From NCBI GenBank assembly GCA_041167265.1, contig JBEEHG010000071.1, positions 10,617-74,616 on the forward strand: a stretch of 64,000 nucleotides of DNA, in the 5' to 3' direction. The notes under the pieces were generated by a model that saw only the letters and a program-made list of their open reading frames with translations, did not search any database and was not told where the DNA came from. Origin of the DNA: Verrucomicrobiota bacterium. Lineage in GTDB: Bacteria > Verrucomicrobiota > Verrucomicrobiia > Chthoniobacterales > UBA10450. Shown piece by piece: positions 18,164 to 27,280 of the stretch. Numbering within the stretch: the stretch's first letter is position 1; every line of letters begins with the position of its first letter. The translations under genes and the position numbers were made by a program.

Positions 18164-20173
18164 ATGATCGAGACGACGATTCCCGAAATCAACGTCGCTG
18201 AATTGATGGAGCGGGTGCGGGTGGAGGCCCGACGTTGGCGGCCGCTATCATCTCGGTTGTCGCCGGTTGCGACTACGGACGGGGCGGTCTCGTTGCCCCC
18301 AATTGCGCGCTTGCCAGATGCTCCGTCCATCTGGGTGCCGGGCCCGATTAAATCGAACAGGCCGCGGCTCGATTCTCTCCTCCAGACCGCCGGGGAGAAA
18401 ACCGGGATCGGTTCGCGCATTCCCAAATTTCTTCGCCGATTTTTTCGTAAACAGGGGGCGTTTAATCGCGTGGTCCTCGATACCATGGCCGCCCTGACCA
18501 AGAGTAACGACGCCCTGACGCGTCGTCTCGGTGACGTTTGCATTATCGTGGGCCAATTTAACAACTGGCTCACCGCCGTCCATGAGCAGAGCGATGCGGA
18601 CGCGAACTGGATGAAAGCGGCCGCCCCCGTTATTTCAAAAGTCGCCCTGCTCCAAGCTCGGGTCGAGCTCTTAGTCAGCGAGTTGGACGCGGACCGCAAA
18701 ACGCAAGCTTCATGGCCCGACGACCAGAAACTGCTGGCCCGTAAAATCGAGGCGCTCGCGCGCGAACAACGCCGGCTGGTGGAGCGGCTGGATCTGGCGG
18801 AAACAGCGACCACTGGCAAACTCTCCGAACTGAGTAAGGCTATCGAAGAGAACCGCCCGCTGGTCCGCGGCCTGCAGGATCAAATTCAAGCGGCTACGGC
18901 GAAAGCGCAGCGAACCGCTGACACTGCGGCTAACCACGCGCGCGCAGAGCTGGCCCGGATTGATCAACAAGTCAGCTCCTTGGATAAGCGTCTCGTTGTG
19001 GCAGCCGCGGCGGCGGCAGAAACCGGGACGACTATCGAGAAGCAAATCGACCAGTCGCAGCTTGAGGTTCGAAATCTAAAACAACAAACAGAGGCCTTGG
19101 AGCAACAGATCGGCGAACTCGAAGAAAGCCTCACCAAATCCGCGGCTGAACGCGACCAGCGAACCGAGCAGCTGCGGCACCAATTCGACCTGGGAGGCGA
19201 GCATCTTAGGAACCTCCAGGTCCAGGCGGACCGCCTGGGGATTCACATCAACAATCTCCAGGCATTCGTAGACAAGCATGCGGCCGAAGCAATTGCCGTT
19301 GATCATGGATTGGAACGACGGATCAACGACCATGTCGGCCTGGCTAAGAGAGTTTCCGTAGTGGAAGAAAGGGCGCTAGACGATTCGGCCTTCATTAAGG
19401 GGAGGCTCTCCGAATACGGCGTTCTGCTTCGGAGGCTGCTCGGAGACGGTCACGATGGCGCTATGACAGAACGCGCAAAGACGAAACAGTCATCGAGAGC
19501 AGCGCACGGTCTGGATTCCTTCTATGTGAGTTTCGAGAACCGTTTCCGCGGATCGAGGAGCGAAATCAAACAACGAGTCGCCTTTTACCTGCCGTTTCTT
19601 CGCGACGCGCGCGCCGGTCTGAAGGATCGGCCCCTGCTCGATGTGGGATGTGGCCGCGGCGAATGGCTGGAGCTTCTCCGCGACGAAGAGCTGAAGGCCG
19701 AAGGCATAGATCTAAATCTGGCTATGGTCACCGTTTCGAAAGAGCACAAATTGGATGTCCGCGCTGCTGACGCCGTCCCGTATCTGCGTTCGTTGCGCGC
19801 GAATTCCCTCGGGGCCGTGACCGGCTTTCATATTATCGAGCACCTGCCGTTCGAGGTTTTAATGGATTTGTTCGCGCAGACCCGCCGCGTTCTTAAGCCG
19901 GGAGGTATCGCTATCTTCGAATCGCCCAACTGTAAGAACCTCGTTGTGGGGGCGTGCAACTTTTATGTGGACCCCACCCATCGCAATCCTGTTTTCCCCG
20001 AAACCGCAGAGTTCATGTTGGCGTCGCATGGCTTCGAGCGGATAAGGATAGAGTACCTATCCCCGGTGGTGGGAAGGTCGTTAGGTGACAGCCAGGAGTT
20101 TGCTACCCTAAACCAGTTGCTATATGGTCCTCAGGACTTCGGCGTAATCGCGTACAAGCCCGAGAAGAAATGA
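18164..20173 (+). CDS. Coiled-coil protein with C-terminal class I SAM methyltransferase domain (chain-terminating-methyltransferase-like)
   Basis: N-terminal INVAELMERVRVEA, then about 300 aa of heptad-rich sequence (QLEVRNLKQQTEALEQQIGELEESL). C-terminal motif I LLDVGCGRGEWLELL. Confidence 0.75.
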   Translation: MIETTIPEINVAELMERVRVEARRWRPLSSRLSPVATTDGAVSLPPIARLPDAPSIWVPGPIKSNRPRLDSLLQTAGEKTGIGSRIPKFLRRFFRKQGAFNRVVLDTMAALTKSNDALTRRLGDVCIIVGQFNNWLTAVHEQSDADANWMKAAAPVISKVALLQARVELLVSELDADRKTQASWPDDQKLLARKIEALAREQRRLVERLDLAETATTGKLSELSKAIEENRPLVRGLQDQIQAATAKAQRTADTAANHARAELARIDQQVSSLDKRLVVAAAAAAETGTTIEKQIDQSQLEVRNLKQQTEALEQQIGELEESLTKSAAERDQRTEQLRHQFDLGGEHLRNLQVQADRLGIHINNLQAFVDKHAAEAIAVDHGLERRINDHVGLAKRVSVVEERALDDSAFIKGRLSEYGVLLRRLLGDGHDGAMTERAKTKQSSRAAHGLDSFYVSFENRFRGSRSEIKQRVAFYLPFLRDARAGLKDRPLLDVGCGRGEWLELLRDEELKAEGIDLNLAMVTVSKEHKLDVRAADAVPYLRSLRANSLGAVTGFHIIEHLPFEVLMDLFAQTRRVLKPGGIAIFESPNCKNLVVGACNFYVDPTHRNPVFPETAEFMLASHGFERIRIEYLSPVVGRSLGDSQEFATLNQLLYGPQDFGVIAYKPEKK

Positions 20174-22569
20174 AATTGGCGGTAGTTATCCCCTGGTTTG
20201 GCCGCCTGCTCAAAGGCGGCGCGGAACAACAAGCATGGCAGATTGCCACCCGCCTGGCTGCCCGCGGCCACCATGTCGAAGTCTTGACGACGTGTTGCCA
20301 GTCCTTTCAGGACGATTGGGCGACTAACCACCTGCCGGCGGGCGAGACTAACGAACCGGAAGGTTTTAGAACTCGCCGGTTCCCGGTGGAACCGCGGGAC
20401 CGCGCGAGCTTCGACTCCGTTTGTGCAAAGTTGAGCAAGATTCCTCGTGAGACATTGAAGCCCGGGGTTTTCCCTGTTCCACTGGAACATGCTCGTATCT
20501 TCGTTGACGAATTAATCAGATCATCTGCACTTCAGCAATTCCTTGTAAGTCAACGCGAGAAATTCGATTCCTTCATTTTTCTGCCCTATCTCTATGGTCC
20601 GATCATCCACGGCCTGATGGCTGTCGGCGATCGCGCTTCTCTTCAACCCTGTCTTCATGATGAGGCCTACGCTTATTTGCCGCAGGTCGCTGCCGCCTTC
20701 TATCGAGCGCGCATGCTTTTCTTTAATAGCGAAGGCGAGGCCGAACTGGCCGCTCGACTCTTTGGGCCTGGCATCGCCCTCAAGTCCGTCGTGGTCGGAG
20801 AGGGCGTCGAGACTCGGCCACCAGAGCCGCTAACTGATGAGGTGGAACCGGCCAAGTTCGACCGTTTCGTTCTTTACCTCGGTCGCAAGGAGTCCGGTAA
20901 AAATACCGACCTGTTAGTCCGGGCATTTGGCCGCTTCCGTCTTGTCCGCCCCAACTCGTCGCTTCGGCTGGTCTTGGCCGGTCATGGCTCCGTGGAGTTA
21001 AATGGCTATGGCGACTACATCACTGACCTGGGCCTGGTGTCGGATGCGGAAAAGGAGCAGTTGCTTCACCACTGTCTTGCGGTCGCCCAACCGAGCGTCA
21101 ACGAGAGTTTCTCCCGGACAATGATGGAAGCCTGGTTTCACGGTAAACCGGTCGCGGTCAATAGTCAGTGCCTGGCTACCTCGATTGAAGCCCGGAACGC
21201 CGAGGGCGGCTGGATAGCCGGAGATGAAGAAGACTGGGCCGCGCTATTTGTCGAGATCGATCGCGCCCAGCCGGAAGAGCTGCGGAGGCTGGGCGAAAAC
21301 GGGAAGCGCCGCGCGAAGCTGGTGGCTGACTGGGATAAGGTTATGGACCGCTATGAGCATGAGTTGAAGCTCATGAGGCCGCCGGCCCACGATTTCCGGT
21401 CCATTGACGTCTCCGCCCCTTTGGGCATCCATCAGTTTCTTCCCAACCTTTCCTACGGCGACGCTATCTCCAATGAGGCCATGTCGATCCGCTCCCACCT
21501 CCGCGCCCGTGGCCTCCACTCAGAAATCTACGTCCGTTTCATCGATCCGCGGGTAGCTGATCAGTGTTCAATATTTTCGCCCGACGCACTTAATGCCTCT
21601 TCGGCGATCATCTATCATCATAGTATTGGAACCGAAATTACCCCGCATGTCCTGAAGTACGGCGGCCCAAAGTGTGTCATCTACCATAATATCACCCCGG
21701 CGGAATTCTTTGAGTCTTACCGGCCGGACTTTGCGGCCATTCTTCGGCAAGGGCGCGAAGACCTTCGTAAACTGGCGTCTCACTTTGACGTTGCGGTAGG
21801 CGATTCGGCCTTTAATGTGGAAGAGCTTGCTCGGTGCGGCTTCCGGGATCCCGGCGTCTTATCGATCTGCGTCGATCCTGGTAAATGGGATACTTCGCCG
21901 GACGAGTCGCTCATGCGCAGCCTCCAGGACGGACGCACAAATCTCTTATTTGTCGGCCGCATATCCCCAAACAAGAAACAGGACGACTTAGTCCGTGCGT
22001 TCCAACAGTACCTAAACTTTGATCCGAACGCCCGGCTGATTCTTGTTGGCACCCTCGAGCAGGAAGATCCGTACGCGGAGGAAGTTCGCGCTCTCATCGC
22101 TTCCGGTGGGCTCGAGCCCTCCGTTATCATCACGGGCAATATCTCTGACTCGCAGCTCGCGGCCTATTATCGGACGGCCCATCTTTTTTGGTCGATGTCG
22201 GAACACGAAGGATTTTGCGTGCCTCTCATAGAGTCGATGTGGTTCGATGTCCCTGTCTTTGCCTTCCGTAGCTCTGCGGTCCCCGAAACGCTGGGGAACG
22301 CGGCTTTAATGTTTGCCGACAAGGCTGATCTGCGCGCCGTTGCCGCTCTTGCGAAGATAATCGTAGACGACAAGACGTTAGGAGCGACCCTCATCCGCAA
22401 GCAGCGCCAACAACGGCAGGCATTTTTGCCGTCTAAGTTTGAACCGCAGTTGACAAAGCTTGTCGAGCGCCTCTTACCGCGCCGGGATAGCATCACGTCC
22501 TCAGGGAAGCGACGGACCGGTCCGCGGCCCGCCGCTTCTCCCCGCCGGGAAAGCTCAGCGCACGTATGA
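20170..22569 (+). CDS. Tandem GT4 glycosyltransferase (two GT-B modules in one 799-aa protein)
   Basis: Two EX7E-type regions: SVNESFSRTMMEAWFHGKPV and SMSEHEGFCVPLIESMWFDVPV. The start overlaps the upstream stop (ATGA). Confidence 0.8.
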   Translation: MKLAVVIPWFGRLLKGGAEQQAWQIATRLAARGHHVEVLTTCCQSFQDDWATNHLPAGETNEPEGFRTRRFPVEPRDRASFDSVCAKLSKIPRETLKPGVFPVPLEHARIFVDELIRSSALQQFLVSQREKFDSFIFLPYLYGPIIHGLMAVGDRASLQPCLHDEAYAYLPQVAAAFYRARMLFFNSEGEAELAARLFGPGIALKSVVVGEGVETRPPEPLTDEVEPAKFDRFVLYLGRKESGKNTDLLVRAFGRFRLVRPNSSLRLVLAGHGSVELNGYGDYITDLGLVSDAEKEQLLHHCLAVAQPSVNESFSRTMMEAWFHGKPVAVNSQCLATSIEARNAEGGWIAGDEEDWAALFVEIDRAQPEELRRLGENGKRRAKLVADWDKVMDRYEHELKLMRPPAHDFRSIDVSAPLGIHQFLPNLSYGDAISNEAMSIRSHLRARGLHSEIYVRFIDPRVADQCSIFSPDALNASSAIIYHHSIGTEITPHVLKYGGPKCVIYHNITPAEFFESYRPDFAAILRQGREDLRKLASHFDVAVGDSAFNVEELARCGFRDPGVLSICVDPGKWDTSPDESLMRSLQDGRTNLLFVGRISPNKKQDDLVRAFQQYLNFDPNARLILVGTLEQEDPYAEEVRALIASGGLEPSVIITGNISDSQLAAYYRTAHLFWSMSEHEGFCVPLIESMWFDVPVFAFRSSAVPETLGNAALMFADKADLRAVAALAKIIVDDKTLGATLIRKQRQQRQAFLPSKFEPQLTKLVERLLPRRDSITSSGKRRTGPRPAASPRRESSAHV

Positions 22570-23735
22570 CGGACTCTCCCGAAACCGAAGGAAGCGGTTT
22601 GGCGCGACTTCAGTCTGTCTGGGAGAGCCATGCCAGACAGGACCCTTTGTGGGCCATTCTTACCGGTCCGGACAAAGTCGGGCGCAAATGGAATCTCGCC
22701 GAATTTTTCGGGACTGGCCTGCACGAAATCGACAGTTTGTGTGATACGCTGGCCCTTCACGAAATCGGCTTCGAGCCCGATGCGGCCCTCGACTTTGGCT
22801 GCGGTGTCGGTCGGCTGAGTCAAGCGCTCTGCCGGAGGTTCCAGCACGTGTCTGGCATCGACATCTCCCCAACGATGATAGAAACGGCCGAGCGCCTCAA
22901 CCAACACGAAGGCAAGTGCAGATACTTTTTGAACGCGCGCTCCGATCTCCAGTTGTTTCAGGATGAGACGTTTTCGTTCATTTACTCAAATATCGTCCTT
23001 CAACACATCGCTCCTGCTTTGACAAAACAGTATCTCGCCGAGTTCTCGCGGATTTTGAAGCCCGACGGCTTGTTAATCTTCCATTTGCCAAGCCGCTTTA
23101 ACGAAGCCAAAGGATTGCCTCCCGAAGCATGGGTTGCCTCTCTGCAATGCGCCGACCAACAATTCTCTTGGCCGGCTTCTTCGAGCGTCGCTGCTCAAGT
23201 CCGCATCCAGAATAAGAGTCCTGTCCTCTGGGAATACGAACCAAGGATGCCGATCTTACTTGGAAACCATTGGATAGATGATAGCGGACAAACGGTCCGC
23301 CAGGACGACGGGCGCGCCCTGCTGCCAAATTCATTGTCTCCCGGAGCTATCGCTGAAGTCGAGATTGAGATGAGAACGCCGCCGTCGCCGGGACGGTATA
23401 CGGTCGAGTTTGACCTCGTGCAAGAAGGGGTCTCCTGGTTCAAAGACAAAGGCAGCGGGACAATCTCGGTGCCTGTAGAAGTCGTCCTTCCCGCGTCCCC
23501 CCGGCCGGTGACCCTTGAAAACAATCAGGAGCACTCGGCGGACGGGGCCGAGCCAGAAAACACGGGAACGAAGGATTCATTTGAAGGATTCAGCATGTGG
23601 TGTATCCCACGTTCGGAAGTAATGCGGTTATTGTATGATCATGACATGCGCATCGAATACGTGGAACTTTCTCCGTGCGGCGGGCCCGGATTTCAAAGTT
23701 ACGCTTACTTCGCGCGGAAGACCGTGACTGGATAA
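22566..23735 (+). CDS. Class I SAM methyltransferase with inserted shared beta-rich module
   Basis: Motif I ALDFGCGVGRLSQ, IYSNIVLQHI and LKPDGLLIFHLP, then the module ending GRYTVEFDLVQEGVSWF, then a terminal MTase strand. Confidence 0.8.
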   Translation: MTDSPETEGSGLARLQSVWESHARQDPLWAILTGPDKVGRKWNLAEFFGTGLHEIDSLCDTLALHEIGFEPDAALDFGCGVGRLSQALCRRFQHVSGIDISPTMIETAERLNQHEGKCRYFLNARSDLQLFQDETFSFIYSNIVLQHIAPALTKQYLAEFSRILKPDGLLIFHLPSRFNEAKGLPPEAWVASLQCADQQFSWPASSSVAAQVRIQNKSPVLWEYEPRMPILLGNHWIDDSGQTVRQDDGRALLPNSLSPGAIAEVEIEMRTPPSPGRYTVEFDLVQEGVSWFKDKGSGTISVPVEVVLPASPRPVTLENNQEHSADGAEPENTGTKDSFEGFSMWCIPRSEVMRLLYDHDMRIEYVELSPCGGPGFQSYAYFARKTVTG

Positions 23736-23850
23736 GGCGACAGTATGGCGGCCCAACAAAGATATTGGCCCAAGGCAGCACGGGATGGCGCGGCATCAGC
23801 CTGGAGCTCGTGCTGTTTGGCCCGCTATTCCCCCTTTTCGTTTTCAATCC

Positions 23851-24777
23851 ATGAGCGCCGCTAACGCCGTTCTGCCCGCCTTGAATACCCCTGTGCTGCC
23901 ATCGTTACTGCTGCCGTTAAGACCGCCATTACCTCTGCCAGCCGGGCAAACGGAGGAGACGCTCCGCCTGTTGTTTGAGTCAATCGAACTGGAAGGTTCG
24001 CCAAAGGAGGAATTCAGGACATACTGGCAGGAAGATTGGCCGCGGTTCGTCCACACTTTGGGAATGGTCGATCGGTTGACCGGCGCATGTCTTGAACTCG
24101 GGTCCAATCCATACTTCACCAGCACCTTGCTGCGTTTTTTCACAAAATTGGAGCTCACCCTGGCGAACTACTTCGGGCCCCATTTTCCAGGGAATTCCTC
24201 TCAGAAGCTCAAGGTCCGCAATCCCCATACTGGGCGGCTCGAGCATTGCACCATGGAGTTCGCGCATTTCAACATCGAGGATGCGGCCTTCCCATTCCCG
24301 GACGCGTCCTTCGCCGTTGTGCTTTTTTGTGAAGTAATCGAACATCTGCAATCGGACCCGGTGAAGGTGTTACTCGAGATCAAGCGCGTCCTTGAGCCTG
24401 GCGGTCATTTAATCCTGACGACTCCAAATGTTAGTCGCCTCGAGAACGTCGGCCGGATGATTGCCGGCGTGAATATTTACGACCCCTACTCAGGCTACGG
24501 CGCCTATGGCCGACACAACCGCGAATACAATAAGCACGAGCTCGCGTTGCTTTTGCGGTACTGTGGTTTTGACGTTGAAGTTTTGTTCTCCGCTGATGTT
24601 CATGATAATATTACTTCAAGCCTCTTTTCCCTGGACGATATTGTGCCCCTGGTAAAGTTCCGGCAGCACGATCTCGGGCAGTACCTATTCAGCCGCTCCC
24701 GAAACTCGCGCCGAGCGGGCCGCAAACGGCCGGCATTCCTTTATCGTAGCTACCCGCCAGGCGAGCTCGATCCCTAG
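23851..24777 (+). CDS. Class I SAM methyltransferase
   Basis: CLELGSNPYF, VVLFCEVIEHL and LEPGGHLILTTPN. ATG at 23851 (the track start at 23785 is an upstream alternative). Confidence 0.75.
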   Translation: MSAANAVLPALNTPVLPSLLLPLRPPLPLPAGQTEETLRLLFESIELEGSPKEEFRTYWQEDWPRFVHTLGMVDRLTGACLELGSNPYFTSTLLRFFTKLELTLANYFGPHFPGNSSQKLKVRNPHTGRLEHCTMEFAHFNIEDAAFPFPDASFAVVLFCEVIEHLQSDPVKVLLEIKRVLEPGGHLILTTPNVSRLENVGRMIAGVNIYDPYSGYGAYGRHNREYNKHELALLLRYCGFDVEVLFSADVHDNITSSLFSLDDIVPLVKFRQHDLGQYLFSRSRNSRRAGRKRPAFLYRSYPPGELDP

Positions 24778-24850
24778 AAATGAATTTCATTGTTTTTATC
24801 AAGTCCGCGACCGCAAATCCTCGGACCTGCGTTCTCATAAGTTCCCGCCA

Positions 24851-25942
24851 ATGACACCGGACCCTCGGCCGGATTTGCTGACCGGGATGTCGGATGAGGC
24901 GTTCGTCCAATTATGTTACCGACGCTTGCTCGGCCGGGAAGCTGACGAAGGAGGCCTTGGCGCGAACGTGGCGGCGTTGCGCAACGGTCTTTCCCGTTTC
25001 GATGTGGTTGTGGGCCTGGTAACGAGTCCCGAGTTCTACACGGTTCTTACGAAATCCACCTTCGGCGATTTCAAGCTCCCCCGCCTGCAGGAGATTCGTC
25101 CGGAAAGTTTTGAGGTATTGACTACCTCGTCGGGCGATAAGACAAACACCTTCCGCGTTCGAGACGCTTCGGATTATGACTGGCTGGAGCGGATGATTCT
25201 GGAGCACGGTTATTACGAAAAGCCGGGTGTCTGGTCCCTCGCGGTTGACCAGGATAAGAGAATTATTGCGGAGATCATCGGTCACTTCGGAGTTCGTCGC
25301 TGTCTGGAGCTGGGCTGCGCGACCGGTCCGGTCCTTAAACTTCTCTTGGAAGCGGGAATCAAACCGGAAGGTGTGGAGATCAGCCATATGGCGCTGGCCC
25401 TGGCTTATCCCGAGATTAAAAAGAGAATTCACTTTGGTGATTTGCTGAATCTCGATCTGAAGGATGAATACGACATGATCATTGGGATGGATGTGTTCGA
25501 GCATCTTAATCCCAACAAGATCTCCCAATATGTGAACCGATGTTTCAAGCTGCTCCGGCAAGGCGGCTATGTCTTTACCAATATTCCCGCTTTTGGAAAC
25601 GACCGCATTTTCGGCGAAGTATTCCCTCTTTATTTGGAGGCGTGGCGAACCGAATCCTCCCAAAAATCTCTGTTTTCTCTGTTGAATGTCGACGACGCTG
25701 GGTGGCCTATCAATGGGCACCTGATTTGGGCGACATCGCGATGGTGGCAGGGCATTTTCGAAGACGCCGGATTCTCGAGAGAAACGGGAATCGAACAAGC
25801 TCTCCATCAAGTATACGATCCGTTTTTTCTCGCGTCTGCTCCCGCACGAAAATCGTTCTTCGTTTTCTCCAAGGACGCAACCTCGGCTGACACGGATCAG
25901 ATCGCGCTTTCCATCGGACGAAACGGCTCGTCATGCCTGTAG
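24851..25942 (+). CDS. DUF4214-like N-terminal domain fused to a class I SAM methyltransferase
   Basis: FVQLCYRRLLGREADEGGL...LVTSPEF (DUF4214-type) followed by motif I CLELGCATGPVL and GMDVFEHL. Confidence 0.75.
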   Translation: MTPDPRPDLLTGMSDEAFVQLCYRRLLGREADEGGLGANVAALRNGLSRFDVVVGLVTSPEFYTVLTKSTFGDFKLPRLQEIRPESFEVLTTSSGDKTNTFRVRDASDYDWLERMILEHGYYEKPGVWSLAVDQDKRIIAEIIGHFGVRRCLELGCATGPVLKLLLEAGIKPEGVEISHMALALAYPEIKKRIHFGDLLNLDLKDEYDMIIGMDVFEHLNPNKISQYVNRCFKLLRQGGYVFTNIPAFGNDRIFGEVFPLYLEAWRTESSQKSLFSLLNVDDAGWPINGHLIWATSRWWQGIFEDAGFSRETGIEQALHQVYDPFFLASAPARKSFFVFSKDATSADTDQIALSIGRNGSSCL

Positions 25943-26038
25943 GTGACGGACACCAAACTCGATGATTTGGCTGCGTTGGCACGGCGGGAGGAAAGCGTAA
26001 GTAGCGGGTCGTTTATTACCAGTCGAGCTTCATCCAGC

Positions 26039-27271
26039 ATGAGAGTCGCTTTTGTTGTTCAGCGCTGTGGCCAGGAAGTGGTAGGGGGCGCGGAATCCCA
26101 CTGCTTGCAGGTTGCACAACGGATGGCGAAGTATTGGCGCACTGAGGTGCTTACCACCTGCGCCCTGGACTACATGGAGTGGCAGAACCATTATCCGGAA
26201 GGGACTGAGGAGATCGGCGAGACCGTCGTCCGGAGATTTCTCGTGGATCAGCCGCGCGATGTGGCCAGCTTTAACAATTTGTCCGGTGATCTCGCGGGCC
26301 GGCGGGCGACCGCAACCCTGGCGGAGCAGGAGCAATGGATGCGCGCGCAAGGCCCGATGTCGACTCCGCTTCTTCAGTATCTCCGCTCGAAACGTCACGC
26401 ATACGACTTCTTCATTTTCTTCGGGTATCTGTACGCGACCACGTATTTCGGGTTACCCATTGTGAAGGAGAAGGCGTTTCTCGCCCCGCTCGCGCACGAC
26501 GAATGGCCAATCTACTTCAGCATGTGGGACAACTTGTTCTCGCTCCCCCGCGGGTTCTTCTTTAATACCGTCGAGGAACGACAATTTTTAGGACGGCGCT
26601 TTCCTTTCTTGGAACTTTCGGGCCCGGTGGTAGGCATTGGCGTCGAGGCGCCCTCAACCTTGAATCCGGAGGAATTCCGCGAACGCTATGGTCTCTCGAA
26701 GCCGTTCCTTCTTTACGTTGGGCGCATCGATGCCTCAAAGGGTTGTGGAGAGCTATTCGACGCATTCATCCGGTTGCGTGATAGTGATGCGATCGCGCAT
26801 CGACTGGTATTGATCGGCAAGGAAGTTCTGCCTGTTCCCTATCACAAGGACTTGATTTACCTTGGCGTGCTTTCCGATGAGGCGAAATGGAACGCCCTGG
26901 CGGCCTGCGATTGGCTCGTGGCGCCCTCTCCGTATGAAAGTCTTTCGATGGTGCTATTAGAGGCGTGGACGGCAGGGCGTCCGGCGCTTGTCACCGCGGC
27001 GTCCGAGGTCCTGGTCGGGCACTGCGAGCGTTCGAATGGCGGACTCTGGTTTCATGATTACGATGAATGCGCTGCCATTATTCGAAACGTCGATGAGGCC
27101 ACGAAACAAAGCCTGGGCGAACAGGGGCGAACCTACGTAAGAAACAACTACTCCTGGAATACGATCGAGTCAGCCTTTCTTAAGATGGCTTCCGGTAAGC
27201 AGCAACCGGTTCGCGGTGGCTTCGACACGCGGCCGGGGCTCGAGAGCGCGGCAGGCCACCGCCTAATATAA
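26039..27271 (+). CDS. GT4 glycosyltransferase
   Basis: MRVAFVVQRCGQEVVGGAESHC N-terminus and PSPYESLSMVLLEAWTAGRPALV (EX7E). An alternative GTG start lies at 25943. Confidence 0.8.
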   Translation: MRVAFVVQRCGQEVVGGAESHCLQVAQRMAKYWRTEVLTTCALDYMEWQNHYPEGTEEIGETVVRRFLVDQPRDVASFNNLSGDLAGRRATATLAEQEQWMRAQGPMSTPLLQYLRSKRHAYDFFIFFGYLYATTYFGLPIVKEKAFLAPLAHDEWPIYFSMWDNLFSLPRGFFFNTVEERQFLGRRFPFLELSGPVVGIGVEAPSTLNPEEFRERYGLSKPFLLYVGRIDASKGCGELFDAFIRLRDSDAIAHRLVLIGKEVLPVPYHKDLIYLGVLSDEAKWNALAACDWLVAPSPYESLSMVLLEAWTAGRPALVTAASEVLVGHCERSNGGLWFHDYDECAAIIRNVDEATKQSLGEQGRTYVRNNYSWNTIESAFLKMASGKQQPVRGGFDTRPGLESAAGHRLI

Positions 27272-27280
27272 AACAAGAAC

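Noticed and set aside
18088-18819. A 243-aa minus-strand ORF overlapping the 5' part of the coiled-coil methyltransferase gene.
   Set aside because: It is Ser/Arg/Ala-rich with no motifs. The plus-strand reading gives a continuous coiled coil plus MTase domain.
24911-25810. A 299-aa minus-strand ORF antisense to the DUF4214-methyltransferase gene.
   Set aside because: The plus strand carries clear DUF4214 and MTase motifs and operon continuity. The antisense ORF has no recognisable features.
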